Below are positions 21,639-33,723 of a DNA stretch of 64,000 bases, one piece after another. The stretch comes from an uncultured Gemmatimonadales bacterium. GTDB taxonomy: Bacteria > Gemmatimonadota > Gemmatimonadetes > Longimicrobiales > RSA9. Positions within the stretch are counted from its first letter, which is position 1; every line of letters begins with the position of its first letter. Location of the stretch: the NCBI GenBank assembly GCA_963798085.1, contig CAWCRS010000007.1, positions 64,001 to 128,000 of the forward strand, given 5' to 3'. The notes beneath the pieces were generated by a model. That model saw only the letters and a list, made by a program, of their open reading frames with translations, did no database searches and was not told the DNA's origin. A program made the translations under genes and the position numbers.

Positions 21639-21944
21639 CCCCAGCTCGCCGTGTTGACAGCTTGTTAGTCCCAGCCCAAGCCCCAGCCGAGGCCCGGGCT
21701 ACGCGTCGTTTATCGAGTCTTTCCGGCGATCGTGCAGCATCCCAGTCGCGCCGTTCCGTATGAAAGCTCGCCTGTCGGTCATTCTGTCCTCGCCGCGTGA
21801 CTGGAGCTGTCGCATGTCCTCCGGTGCCAGACAGGATGATGGCCGTCGCGGAAGTCTGCCATGGTGCGCTGCAGCCGGGGCGATGCGACGGGACTGGCGG
21901 GACACGGCCCTGTTATACGTGGTGTACGAGCGAGACGGATCTTC

Positions 21945-23300
21945 ATGACGACGAAGCGGTCGGGCGGCATCGTCGCCTGCACTCTGCTCTTGCTGCTGCC
22001 GGCGCTGGTGCGGGCACAGATGCAGGAAGGCATGGGCATGCCCGGCGCGCTGCGGCCCATGGCGTCAGGCACGAGCTGGGCGCCCCGGTCCTCGCCCATG
22101 GGCGGCCTGCATTTCGCGGCAGGCGCGTGGTCGCTGATGCTGCATGGTTTTGCGAACGCGGATTACACATCCGAGTCAGGGCCGCGCGGCGACCGCAAGC
22201 TGTTCAGCACGAACATGCTGATGCTGAGTGCGATGCGCGCGGCGGGGCCGGGCACGCTGCAGCTGCGCGCCATGATGAGCGCAGAGCCGGCCATGGGGCC
22301 GCGTGGATATCCGCTGCTGCTGCAGACGGGCGAGAGTGCAGACGGTCTCTATCCGCTGGTGGACCGGCAGCATCCGCACGACGCGTTCATGGAGCTTTCC
22401 GCCACGTGGGCCGTGCTGTTGCCGCAGGAAGTCGAGGCGTACGTGTATGTCGCGCCGGTGGGAGAGCCGGCGCTCGGTCCCACGGCGTTCATGCACCGCG
22501 AATCCGGTCGCGACATCCCCGTGGCGCCCATCAGTCACCATTACATGGATGCGACGCACATCACGTACGGTGTGATCACGGCGGGCATCGTGAGCCGCAG
22601 CAGAGTGAAGCTGGAGGCGTCTCTGTTCAACGGTCTGGAGCCGGACCAGCATCACTGGGGTCTGGAAACACCGCGTTTGAATTCGTGGGCGCTGCGCCTG
22701 GGTGTGGATGCTTCGCCCAACCTGACGCTGCAGGGCAGCGCAGCGAAACTGAAGTCGCCGGAGCGCATGCACCCGGGCATTGACCAGGTGAAGCTGACCC
22801 TGTCCGCGACGTGGAACCGGCCGCTGCGCGATGGCAACTGGCAGAGCACGCTGGTCTACGGCCGCAATCGCAGTGAGCGGACACTGATTCCGGTGCCGGT
22901 GGCGCGGGCGACGTTCCCGGCGCCCATCCTGGCGCACTATCTCGCGCTGGCAAGTTTCACGGGGCTGCCCGAGGACTCGCTGACACTCGTGTTCCCCGGC
23001 CGCATCCAGTCCGCGTACCTGCTGGAGTCGTCGCTGCGCCAGGGTGCGACAACGATGTTCCTGCGCATTGAGCGCGCGCTGAAGGACGAGATGTTTCCAC
23101 CCACCGACCTGCGGCACAGCACGATCTATCCGGTTGGCGCCATCGTTGCGGGCGGCATCCGGGATGTACTGCGCGGCCGCCGGCTGCGTTTCGGTGTGGG
23201 CGTGATCGGCAGTGTGGACATCCTGCCCGCGACGTTGCGCGCGGTCTATCACGGCAATCCCACCTCCGGCCAGATCTTCACGCGCATCGCCCTGTACTGA
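21945..23300 (+). CDS. Hypothetical His/Met-rich outer-membrane-type protein
   Basis: Signal peptide; ASGTSW, YPLLLQTGE, DRQHPHDAFMEL, GEPALGP.AFMHR, HH.MDATHI; terminal aromatic residue. Confidence 0.75.
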   Translation: MTTKRSGGIVACTLLLLLPALVRAQMQEGMGMPGALRPMASGTSWAPRSSPMGGLHFAAGAWSLMLHGFANADYTSESGPRGDRKLFSTNMLMLSAMRAAGPGTLQLRAMMSAEPAMGPRGYPLLLQTGESADGLYPLVDRQHPHDAFMELSATWAVLLPQEVEAYVYVAPVGEPALGPTAFMHRESGRDIPVAPISHHYMDATHITYGVITAGIVSRSRVKLEASLFNGLEPDQHHWGLETPRLNSWALRLGVDASPNLTLQGSAAKLKSPERMHPGIDQVKLTLSATWNRPLRDGNWQSTLVYGRNRSERTLIPVPVARATFPAPILAHYLALASFTGLPEDSLTLVFPGRIQSAYLLESSLRQGATTMFLRIERALKDEMFPPTDLRHSTIYPVGAIVAGGIRDVLRGRRLRFGVGVIGSVDILPATLRAVYHGNPTSGQIFTRIALY

Positions 23301-23418
23301 GGCGACGAGGTCCTCCGCCGCCGGGCGAAGGGCGTTGCCGCGAACGGTCGTCGCGGGGTGCAACCGGCGGCCGGCCTCGCGAGTCCAAGGGGTCGGCACC
23401 ACATCTCCGAGGAGGCGC

Positions 23419-24640
23419 ATGCCCGCCCGTCTATCGCCGGTGGCCGTCATCACTGGTGAGTCTCTGCGTCGTCAATGCAGCGGCGCGCCGGCGTGATCGC
23501 GCGCAGGATCAACCGCTGAACATGGCTGTCAGCGACAGCTTCCGCGTGGGCGGCGCGGACGCACCTGACTGGGCCGTCTTCCTGGACGTGCGTAATGCGG
23601 TGTTTGGACCGGCCGGTGCGCTGTGGCTGGCGGACACGCGCGGGGCCCGCCTGCTGCGCGTGGACCCGGGCGGGCGCAGTGGTCACCAGGTCGGGCGGAA
23701 GGGGGGTGGCCCCGGCGAATACCAGGCGCCCCTGCTGCTGGCCGTCACGGGCGAAGGCCGCGTGCTGTTGAGCGATGTGGTGGGTCGCAGCCTGCAATTC
23801 TTCGCAGCCGATGGCCGGTTCGAGCGTTCCGTGAGCGGCGCGGGTCGCATGGGAACGCCTGCAGCGCTGGCGTGGCTCCGCGGCGACCTGTTCTTCAGCT
23901 ACCCGCAAGTCTACCGCCTGAACAACGAGGCGGTCATCAGCACGGCGGATGGCATGCAGCCCGTGCACGAGATCCCGCTGCTGCGCATCGCCATGGACAG
24001 TGCGGGCATCGGTGTGACGCGCATAGGTACGGCGCGTTTCGATGCGGCGCCGCGCCCGGCCGGCATGGATCCATTCACACCGCACGCATTCGGTACGCGC
24101 CTGCTATGGTCGGTGGCTGGAGACCGCATTGCGATCGTGGACGGCGAAGCGTACGAGGTGCGCGTGCTGGACGAGAGCGGTCACGCCTTGCAACGGCTGA
24201 CGCGGCCGCTGGAGCCGCGCAAACCGACGCGCGCGGACGTGGAGGCGGCGCGCGCCGAGGCGAGGGCCCGGCTGATGACACCGGATGGCAAGCCGCGCAT
24301 TGCGGGCGCCTCGAGCAACGGCAACGCCGCGCGGGTGCAGGAGACGCGGCAGCGCATTGAGCGCGCGCTGTCCGCAATGACCGTGTCGGATCGCATTCCG
24401 GTGCTGCAGGCGATTCGCTTCGATGGCGAAGGCCGGCTGTGGGTGGCGCGCACGGGCCGTGTGTGGGGCGAGCCGGGTCCGGTCGACGTGTTCGGTGCGG
24501 ACGGGCGGTACCTCGGTACCATTGCGCGGAAGCTGGAGCGGCTGCCGGACGCGTTCGGCCCGGGAGGACTGGCGGCGTGGATCGAGAAGGACGATCAGGA
24601 TGTGCAGTACGTGCAGGTGCGGCGCATCACACTGCATTGA
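23419..24640 (+). CDS. 6-bladed beta-propeller (NHL-like) protein; N-terminus probably frameshifted
   Basis: VGRKGGGPGEY, DGEGRLWV, DVFGADGRYLG, DDQDVQYV. GGAGG plus ATG at 23419 is out of frame with the main ORF. Confidence 0.75.
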
Positions 24641-24652
24641 AGGCGACGACGC

Positions 24653-25129
24653 TCAGTCGGGTGCCGGCGTTTCGATCGCGATGCTCTTGATGGTGACCGG
24701 CTCCATGGGCCGGTCCCACGCGTTGGTCTTCACCTTGCCGATTCTGTGCACGACATCCATGCCGCTGACGACGCGTCCGAAAATGGTGTGTTTGCCATCC
24801 AGCCAGGGCGCGTCACCGAGCGTGATGAAGAATTGCGAGCCGCCCGTGTCCGGCCCGGCGTTGGCCATGGACAGCATGCCTTCGCCCTTGTGTCTGAGTC
24901 CGGGGTGCAGCTCATCACGGATGGTGTAACCGGGTCCGCCCGTCCCCGTACCGGTGGGATCGCCGCCCTGGATCATGAAGCCGGCGATCACGCGGTGGAA
25001 AATGACACCGTTGTAGAAGTCCTTCTCGGCGAGGTCGATGAAGTTCTTCGTGGTGCGCGGCGCGCGGTCCTCGAAGAGCTCGATGCGGAACTCACCATGA
25101 TTGGTCACGAAGCGCGCGAATCGATTCAT
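24653..25129 (-). CDS. Cyclophilin-type peptidyl-prolyl isomerase
   Basis: [41 protein letters not shown]. Confidence 0.96.
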   Translation of the reverse strand: MNRFARFVTNHGEFRIELFEDRAPRTTKNFIDLAEKDFYNGVIFHRVIAGFMIQGGDPTGTGTGGPGYTIRDELHPGLRHKGEGMLSMANAGPDTGGSQFFITLGDAPWLDGKHTIFGRVVSGMDVVHRIGKVKTNAWDRPMEPVTIKSIAIETPAPD

Positions 25130-25193
25130 CTACTCCGCTCCTCCCCCTCGACCCTGTAGCCGGCGCGGGTGCCGCGGCGCGACAGCAAACGCA

Positions 25194-28100
25194 TTAGTGG
25201 ATCCCCGCGCGCGTGTCGGGTTCGGCCTCGACGCGCAGTGTGCGGGGCAGGTCACGCGTGCGCGGCCACACTTCCCTGAGCGTTTCACCCTCATACAGGC
25301 GGCCATTCTTCATGACGTAGCGGATGCTGTTGCTGTTATGGATGTCGAGGAGCGGATCGCGATCGAGCACGACCAGGTCCGCCAGCTTGCCCGGCTCGAT
25401 CGAGCCGATGTCCTGCGCGAGCCCGATACCCTCGGCGCCAAACAGGGTTGCAGCGCGCAATGCATGTCGTGGGTGGAGAGCCCGTTCGACTGCATCATCC
25501 ACAGTTCCCAGTGGTAACCCAGTCCCTGCAGCTGGCCGTGGCTGCCCACGCCCATCAGGCCGCCCGCCTTCACCACATCACCGACGAACTCGGCGTGCGG
25601 TATGAAGACGTACTCGTCCTGCGCATGAACCAGCCGCCCGGTCCCGGGATTGCCGCCGCGCCGCGGCGGGTGCGGGCATTGACCTCATCGTGCGGCATGA
25701 AGTGCCGCAGCTTGGCGTCATCGTGCACATTGGTGTTTGTGTACCAGTAGTTCTCGGAGAAGGGGCCGCCGTAGGAGACGATCAGGGTGGGCGTGTTGAG
25801 CACACCCGACTGGGCGTACAGCTTCACCACGTCCTCGTAGACGGGGAAGATCGGGAAGCGTGTGCTCGATGCCGGGATAACCGTCCATGACGTGTGTGAG
25901 GTCGAGCTTGAAGTCGAGGCCGCCCTCCGTGGTAGGCTTCAGTCCCAGCTCCTTCGCCGCCATGATGACCCACTGGCGCTGCTGGCGGTTACCCGTCATG
26001 TACATCTTGAGGGTCTTGGTGTCGTAGTACTCGCTGTAGCGCTTGAGCACGTTGCGCGCCTGGTCCAGATCCTTGATGTGCTCGCCGTCGAAGACGCCGG
26101 GACCGGTCGAGTAGATGCGCGGGCCCACAATGTCGCCGCTTTCGACGCGATCCTCGTAGGTCAGCACATCGGTGGTACCGGTCTGCGGGTCGCGCGTCGT
26201 GGTGACGCCGTAAGCCAGTGTTATGGGATATTGCCAGACGGTGTTGTGGATTTCGCTGACCAGCGACTGCGGGTGGTAGTGGGTATCCACGAAGCCGGGC
26301 ACGATGAACTTGCCGGTCATGTCGATGACCCGCGCGCCCGCCGGGATCTGCACCTGACCGCGCGCGCCCACCGCCGCGATGCGATTGTTGCGGATCACGA
26401 TGTCGGCGTTCTGGATGATCTCATCGCCCTTCATGGTGACGACGCGGGCGCCGCGCAGCACGGCCACGCCCTGCGGGATGTCGCGCTGCACCTGGATCAG
26501 GATGCGCCGCTCAGCGGGCCTGTAGGCGGCCTTCTGCCCGCCCTGTGCGCCCGCACTGTCCGGGCGAGGCGCGCCAGTGCGAGCTTTCGCGACGCTGTCA
26601 TCGAAGGCGCGCGCACGCTGCAGATCGTAGACGACGTGCGCATTGCCAATGGACCAGTGCACGCTGCGGCCGTCGCCGCTCCACGCGGGGAACTGGCCGC
26701 CCACATCGGTGAGGCGGCGCACGGGCATGGCGGCGCCCTGCGGATTGGCGACGGAGATGGACGGTGTCGTGCCACCGACCAGAGGCACGGTGACGACGTA
26801 GAGGTCATTGCCCACGAGCGCGAGCGCCTGGTCGCCCATGGGCGCCATGATCACGAGACTCGCGGGCGGCGGCGGGCCCTGCGCGCCGGCGGATGGCGTG
26901 CCGGTCACCTTGACGTGCTCGCGCTCATCCGTGCCGTCCCAGCGGAACGACACCAGGCCGCGCGCGAAGCTGTACGCGTAAATGCGGTCGGGGTCCTGCG
27001 TGAAGTGCGGGTGCGAGCGACCCGACGAGGGCGCGATCATCGTGACCTCGCCACCGCTGGCGGGCACCCAGACCAGCTGCGAGGGGCCGCCGCCATTTTC
27101 CTGCATGTCGCGATCCGTGATGCGCAGCGCGACAATGCGATTGCCATCCGGCGACCATGCGGGCTGACGGTAGTTCGCGGCGACGCTGGTGAGACGCTGC
27201 GGTGCGCCGCGGCCATCGGCATTCGCGCGCCAGATGCTGCCGCCCGCGGTGTCGGCCCAGGATACCCAGGCGAGCGCGCTGCCATCAGGCGACCAGACGG
27301 GCTCGAACTCGCCCACGTCCGCGCTCGTCACGCGACGCGGCGCGCCGTCGGGCCAGTCCATGACGTACAGGTGATCGAGCGAGGTGAAGGCGAGGCGCCT
27401 GCCATCCGGCGAGGGCACCGCGTCGCGGATCTGGTGCGCGGCGAACGTGGGCTTGTCATCCACGCGATACGTGAAATCGAGCTTCGGCCCGATGGGCACG
27501 GACACGTCGGCGGTGAAGGGGATCTTCGACTGGTTGCTGCCATCGACGGGCACGCGCCAGATCTCGCCACCGAAGGACATGATAATGGCGCGTGAGTCAG
27601 GCGTGAACGAGTAACCGGGCAGCACGTCGACGGGCGAACGCGACTCCTGATCGTCGCGCTGCACGGGAAAGGCGAGCCAGCGCTCGTCGCCAGTGGCGAG
27701 ATCGCGGATGCGCAGGCCGGTCGCCGTGTCGTGGCGGGTGCCATAGACCAGCCACTTGCCATCGGGCGACAGCGCGGGACGGAATGCGGAGCCGTAACGC
27801 GATGTCATCTCGCGAGGCCTGCCCCGTGCGCCGGTCGAACACGGCGAGCTGGTACTGCGGGAAGATCGCATTGTACTGCCAGTCCCCGGTGCGCTGCGCG
27901 TACCAGAGATAGCGCTCGTCCGGTGCCGAACGCGGCACCCAGCGTCTTGAGCCTGCGCCGGTTCCTTGATCACCTCGATCCCGGTGCCGCCCTCGACGTT
28001 GTACATCCAGAGCTTGGCGGCGCCGCCCAGCGGTCCGAGCGCGCGCGAGGCAAAGATGTACTTGCCGTCCGGCGACCACTCCGGCGAGGTGAAGATGTAG

Positions 28101-28501
28101 TCGTTGCCCTTCGAGATCTGCGCCGTGTCGCGACCGTCGGCACTGATGGTCCAGACGTTGTCGCCGCCACTGCGATCGGAGACAAACGCGATCTTGCGGC
28201 CGTCGGGACTGAAGCGCGGCTGGCCATCGAACGCGAGGCCGCTGGTGAGCCGGGTCGCGCGGCCGCCGGCAATGGGCAGCGTGTAGAGGTCGCCCAGCAG
28301 ATCGAAAACCAGGCGCTGGCCATCCGGGCTCACGTCCACACTGATCCAGGTACCGCGCGTGGTGGTGAAATCCACGGAGCGCGGGGTCTGGAGCGGCAGA
28401 TCGCGTCGGCGGCTCGAGTCCTGGGGCGCCTGCGCACGCGCCGCCGAGGCGGACAGCGCCGCGGCGAGCACGAGCAGGGGCAAACGGCGGGTACAGAACA
28501 T
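25194..28501 (-). CDS. Secreted PD40/TolB-like propeller plus amidohydrolase (several frameshifts)
   Basis: SPDG repeats; PGFVDTHYH, YGVTT.RDP, PTTEGG, GSHGQLQGLGYHWELW, GSIEPGKLADL across successive frames. Confidence 0.85.
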
Positions 28502-28680
28502 GGGTGCGACCCCTCCATTGAGAGTCCCTGGCAATCCGGGCAAGTTGCAGCGAGGGCGGGGCCTGCGCAATCGGTGCGCGGAGTTTCGCGGTTGTGATGA
28601 AGGCGACGAGGGGTGTACGTTGCTTCGTCGCTTGCAGTCCGTTACGCCGCATGATCCACCACGAAATCGGACCAGCCGCC

Positions 28681-29325
28681 ATGTCCATCCCGTCCAGCGA
28701 ACGCAGTGTCCAGCCGCTCCGGGAATCGACGGCGCAGGGCCCGGCGCAGGAGCGACCGGGCGAGCAGACCATCCCGGTGACCGTGAGTTATCTCGAGATC
28801 CGCTCGCTCGCGGCACTGCGGCCGCGACGCGTGGACCGTGCCGACGTTGCGCTGCAGCGCATTGTCGAGCCATGGCCCGAGCTGAGCCGCTTCCTCTACA
28901 CCGCCGTGGGCGCTGATCACTACTGGATCGACCGGCTGCCGTGGACCCGCGCGCAATGGCAGGCGTACCTCAGCCGGCCGCAGCTCGAAGTATGGGTACT
29001 GACGGCGGGCGGACTGCCGGCCGGCTATTTCGAGCTGGAAGTGCGCGACCGGGAGATCGAGATCGCGTACTTCGGCCTCATCGCGCGTTTCGTCGGCCAG
29101 GGTCTGGGCGGCCACCTGCTCACCGCCGCCATCGAGCGCGGCTTCGCGCTGGGCGCGGAGCGCGTGTGGCTGCACACGTGCACACTCGATCACCCATTGG
29201 CATTGCCCAACTACCAGGCCCGCGGCATGCGCATTTTCCGCGTCGAGACCACTCCCAAGACGCTGCCCATTCGGCCGCCTACTGTCTTCACCGCAGCGGA
29301 CGCGGAGGGCGGGGAGGCCGGATAG
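28681..29325 (+). CDS. GNAT family N-acetyltransferase
   Basis: GYFEL, IAYFGL, GQGLGG, RVWLHTCTLDHP.ALPNY. Confidence 0.9.
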   Translation: MSIPSSERSVQPLRESTAQGPAQERPGEQTIPVTVSYLEIRSLAALRPRRVDRADVALQRIVEPWPELSRFLYTAVGADHYWIDRLPWTRAQWQAYLSRPQLEVWVLTAGGLPAGYFELEVRDREIEIAYFGLIARFVGQGLGGHLLTAAIERGFALGAERVWLHTCTLDHPLALPNYQARGMRIFRVETTPKTLPIRPPTVFTAADAEGGEAG

Positions 29326-29750
29326 ACGGATTTGTTGTTCTCAGGGTGCGCGGCGCGCTGCCATCGCGCAGCGACACGGATACGGACTGCCATCCGGGTG
29401 ACGGCAGGCGAGGATGGCAAATTCGCGTACAGTGGGCGACCGACCGGGCGTTCTTGCTGAGGGTCTTGGTGGGGTGCAGGGTCTGATCTGCGGCGAGGAG
29501 GGATTCGCGGCCGTCGTGCCTGGGTGATGTTGGCTGCGGGGCGCAGTCTAACAGATTGTTTGAAGTGCCGTGGGCCCGAGGCATCCAGCCGGTGGAGATC
29601 GTGATCAGCGACCGTCCGCGGTGCGTTGTCGGGAATCCGTTCAAACAGGAAAGGGAAGGCCGGCCCGGCCGGAGAGCTTCCGACGAGCAATGAGAGTCAA
29701 TGCGATGAATCCGTTGATCTTTTTCTGTGCCCTCTGCGCTCTCCGCGGTG
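29289..29750. repeat. Nested inverted-repeat element, copy 1
   Basis: Left CACCGCAGCGGACGCGGAGG (29289); ACGGATT at 29326; AATCCGT at 29634 and 29708; right CCTCTGCGCTCTCCGCGGTG (29731-29750). Confidence 0.75.
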
Positions 29751-31736
29751 GAGAGTTGTTGGGGAAGAGTGCGGTGGAGGCGATTGCGAGCGAGGTTTCG
29801 GGGGCGGTGGCGAAGCGCAATCTGGAGTTCATAGCGCGCAACCATCGCATGCGTGGCTCGCGCGGGTTCCGGGCGGCGGCGGATTTCATTGCGGGTGAGC
29901 TGCGGGTGTACGGGCTGGCGGAGGTCACGGTCAACGAGATTCCGGCGGATGGGCACACGTTCTATGGCACGCAGAAGGCGAGGCCGGCGTGGGACCCGGA
30001 ATTCGCGGAGCTGTGGGAGCTGCGCGAGGCGAGGGCGGGTGGCAGTGTCGGGGGTGGGTGGCAGCCGGCTGTTCGCATTGCCAGCTTCGATGACATGCCG
30101 GTGGCGCTGGCGCAGGACAGTGACAGTGCGGATGCGACGGCGGACCTGGTCGATGTGGGCGCGGGCACGAGTGAAAGCGATTACGCGGGCCGGGATGTGC
30201 GCGGGCGCATCGTGCTGGCGTCGTCCCAGCCTGGGCCGGTGGCGGCGCTGGCGGTGCAGCGCTTCGGTGCCGTGGGAATCGTGAGTTATGCGCAGAACCA
30301 GCGCACCGCGTGGTGGGCGGAAGATGAGAACCTTGTGCGCTGGGGGCATCTGGACAGCTTTGCGCCCTTCCACACGTTCGCGTTCATGGTCTCGCTCAAG
30401 CAGGCCAGAGCGCTGCAGCAGCGGCTGGCGGCGGGAGAGCGCATCCGGCTGCATGCGATCGTGCGCGCGTCGAGGCATCCGGGAACGTACGACGTGGTGA
30501 CAGCGGCGATACCGGGCGCGGATCCGGTGCTGCGCAACGAGGAGATCGTCTACAGCTGCCATCTCGATCACCAGCGCCCGGCGCGAACGACAATGCCAGC
30601 GGCTGCGCCACGATTCTCGAAGTCGGCCCGCACGCTGTCGAAGGCGATCCGTGAGGGCAGACTGACCAGCGCCGGCGACGCACACTTCGCTTCGTGTGGC
30701 CGGCGGAGGTGGAAGGCACGCTGGCGCTGTTCCACGCGCGGCCCGAGCTGGAGGCAGCGTTTTCGCGCGGTCATCCACATGGACATGGTGGGTGGCGGGC
30801 CGGTCACGAAGGCGATCTTCCATGTGACGCGCGGGCCGCTCAGCCTGCCCTCGTTCGTGAACGATGTGGGCCAGACATTCGGGCGTTTCGTGAACGAGCA
30901 GTCGGCGGCGTATGCGAGCGGCCAGCGATGCCGCGTGGCCGCTCGTCTCGCCGGAGGGCGGCAAGGAGGCACTGCTCGCGGACATGGCGGACTTCACCAT
31001 GGGCAGCGATCACGAGGTCTACACGGAAGGCTCGTTCCGCATTCCGGCCATCTACCTGAACGACTGGCCCGACCGCTACATCCACACCAACTTCGACACG
31101 CCTGCCAACATTGATGCGACCAGGCTCCAGCGGGCGGCTTTCATTGGCGCGGCGAGCGGCTGGTATCTGGCCAACCTGCGCAGCGAAGGTGTGCCCGCGC
31201 TGTGGGAGGCGATGAAGGCGGCCATGCTGCGGCGCATGGCCACGATGCTGGAGCGGCGCGCGCAGCTGCCCGCCGGCGAGCAGGTGGCGCTGACGCGGGT
31301 GACGCTGAACACGGAGCGCCAGGCCTTCGAGTCGCTGTCCACGTTCGCCGCGATTCCCGAAACCGTGCGCGCCGATGCCACGTCCTTCTTCCCGCGCCTG
31401 GACGCGATTGCCGGCGGGCTGCCGGGCCCGCCCAAGCTGGGCGGCGATGCAGCACTCGTCTTCCGGCGGAACAGCCAGGTCAGCGGGCCCATGTCCGTGT
31501 TCGGCTACGACTGGTTCGCGGATCACTACCACGGTGTTACACCGGAACTGCTGTCCTACACGGGCGAGCGCGGTGCCGGCAGCGAATACGCGTACGAGGT
31601 GCTGAGTCTGGTGAACGGCCGGCGCACGGCGAGCGAGATCCGCGATGTCGTCGCGACCGAGTACGGGCCCGTGCCCTTCGACATGGTTCTCGAATACCTG
31701 CGCGCGCTGGAGACAACGGGCGCCATCCAGCGCTGA
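29690..31736 (+). CDS. M28 family metallopeptidase with PA-like domain (frameshifted)
   Basis: SCHLDH, GANDNASG (shifted frame), WPAEVEG, HMDMVG, GSDH, YIHT. Confidence 0.85.
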
Positions 31737-31746
31737 GGGAGAGGAC

Positions 31747-32990
31747 GTGAAGGTATCGACGGTCGCATTGTTCGCCGTGGGCGTGCAGATGCTGCGCACG
31801 CATCCGCTGCGCACGGTGCTCTCCACGCTGGGCATCATCATCGGCGTGGCGGCGCTGGTGGCGGTGCTGGCGCTGGGCGATGGGCTGGAGCGCTACTCGC
31901 GCAACGAGATCGAGTCCACGACGGACCTGCAGACCATCATGATCCAGCCGCGCGCCTTCGACGTGGTCGAAGGCGTGATCGTGCGCCGCGATTCCGTGCG
32001 TGCGCTGTCCGTCGACGAAATGGACTCCCTGGTGGCGGCGGTGGGCGGGCGTGCCACCGCGTCCGAGACCATGGCCGGCACCGTCTTCATCACGGGGGCG
32101 GCGGACACCACTCGCCATGCGGCGGCAGTGACGGCCATGGCGCCGGCGACACTGTCCATGCCGGCCGAGAGCCTGGGCGCGGGCCGGCTCTTCACGAGGC
32201 CGGAGATCGATGCGGATAACGCGGTGTTGCTGGTGGGCCGCAGGCTGGCGGTGGATCTGGCCGGCGGCGATGGCGCAGCCGCGCTGGGGCGCGAGGTGCG
32301 TCTGGCCGACCGTCCCTATGCCGTCATCGGCATTGTCGATGGTGCCGGCGCCCGCCGGGTCGCGCGGGCCTGGCTGCCGCTGGCCGCCACGGCGCGCAAA
32401 GTGCTCGTCCCGGGGAGCGGCCGCCCGCCGGCGCTGTCGCTGCACGTCGCGCGCGTCGAGGATGTGCTGGACGTCGAGAGCGCGGCGCGCGCCTGGCTGA
32501 CAAAGCGTTATGGCGATGCCGACAGGAGCTTCACCATTCTCGACTTCGCGGCGTCGGGTCGAGCAGATGCGCCAGGCGATGCTCGTGTTCAAGATCTCGA
32601 TGGGTGCGATCACCGGCATTCTCGATCCTGGTGGGTGGCATTGGCATCATGAATGTGCTGCTGGCCTCGGTCAACGAGCGCACCCGCGAGATCGGCGTGC
32701 GCCGCGCCGCCGGTGCGCGGCGGGCCGACATCTTCTTCCAGTTCCTGGCCGAGTCGGTCGCCATATCGGGTGTGGGCAGCGTGATCGGTGTCGTGCTCGG
32801 CCTGGTGGGCGCCTTCCTGATCACCGGCATCATACGACGCTTCACGCAGGCGCCCGTGCACGCCGCGTTCGCCTGGAGCAGCGTACTCTCCGCGGCGGCC
32901 GCCGCCCTCATCGTGGGTCTTGCCTTCGGCAGCTATCCGGCGAAGTACGCGGCCGGCCTGTCCCCGATCGACGCGATCCGGCACGAGTAG
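31747..32990 (+). CDS. ABC transporter permease, MacB/FtsX type (frameshifts near 32552 and 32620)
   Basis: LRTVLSTLGIIIGVAA; LVGGIGIMNV.LASV.ERTREIGVRRA.GA; PIDAIRHE. Confidence 0.88.
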
Positions 32991-32998
32991 GCGACGCA

Positions 32999-33478
32999 TT
33001 GACCGAGCCCGTCCGGCCTGACCTGACCCCCACACCGGTGCAGCGTGCCAGCGCCGCCGATCTGCCGGAGATCCTCGCGCTGCTCGAAGCGGCGCAGCTG
33101 CCCGGTGCCGGGGTCACGGAGTGGATCGACCATTTCGTGATTGCCCGTCACGACGGCGCGCTGCTGGGTGCGGCCGGCACCGAACAGTACGGCGATAACG
33201 CGCTGTTGCGATCGGTCGTGGTGTCACCCGCCGCCCGCGGCCTGGGCCTGGGCGGCGCACTCGTCGAGCACGCGCTCCAGCTGGCGTACGATGCCGGCGT
33301 CCGCACCGTGTATCTGCTCACCACCACGGCGCAGGACTGGTTTCCTCGCCACCAGTTCCAGGTCATTCCCCGCGACCAGGTGCCCGCCACCGTGCAGACA
33401 TTGATCGAGTTCCGCGGCGCCTGCCCGGACACCGCTGCCGTCATGCGCCGGACCCTTCTTCACCGCGGAGAGCGCTGA
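32999..33478 (+). CDS. ArsN2-like GNAT N-acetyltransferase
   Basis: ALLRSVVV, RGLGLG, YLLTTTA, EFRGACPDTA. TTG start inferred. Confidence 0.82.
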   Translation: MTEPVRPDLTPTPVQRASAADLPEILALLEAAQLPGAGVTEWIDHFVIARHDGALLGAAGTEQYGDNALLRSVVVSPAARGLGLGGALVEHALQLAYDAGVRTVYLLTTTAQDWFPRHQFQVIPRDQVPATVQTLIEFRGACPDTAAVMRRTLLHRGER

Positions 33479-33723
33479 GGGCCTGGAGGCTGGCGCGGAG
33501 GGCTGCTGCGCGTCATCGCCGACGCTTCAGGAGCTGCCCACAGCCTTTTTTCATTTCAACGGATTCACGGCTTGAATCGGTGGCTTCGCAGCCACGCGGC
33601 CCCCCGGCCAGTCTGCATCCGCGCCAGGCATCTTTCATGACTCCGGGCGAAATGAATGGCGTGGTCGGCGGCTGCGTGTGGAAGCCAACGAGTGTTGCAA
33701 TCCGTACGCGCTATCCGCGGTTG
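33461..33723. repeat. Nested inverted-repeat element, copy 2
   Basis: CACCGCGGAGAGCGCTGAGG (33461); ACGGATT at 33559; AATCCGT at 33699; GCGCTATCCGCGGT (33708-33721). Confidence 0.75.

Noticed and set aside
31747..32990. Permease without an ATPase as a novel system
   Set aside because: Stand-alone MacB-type permeases are common in such genomes and probably use an ATPase encoded elsewhere.
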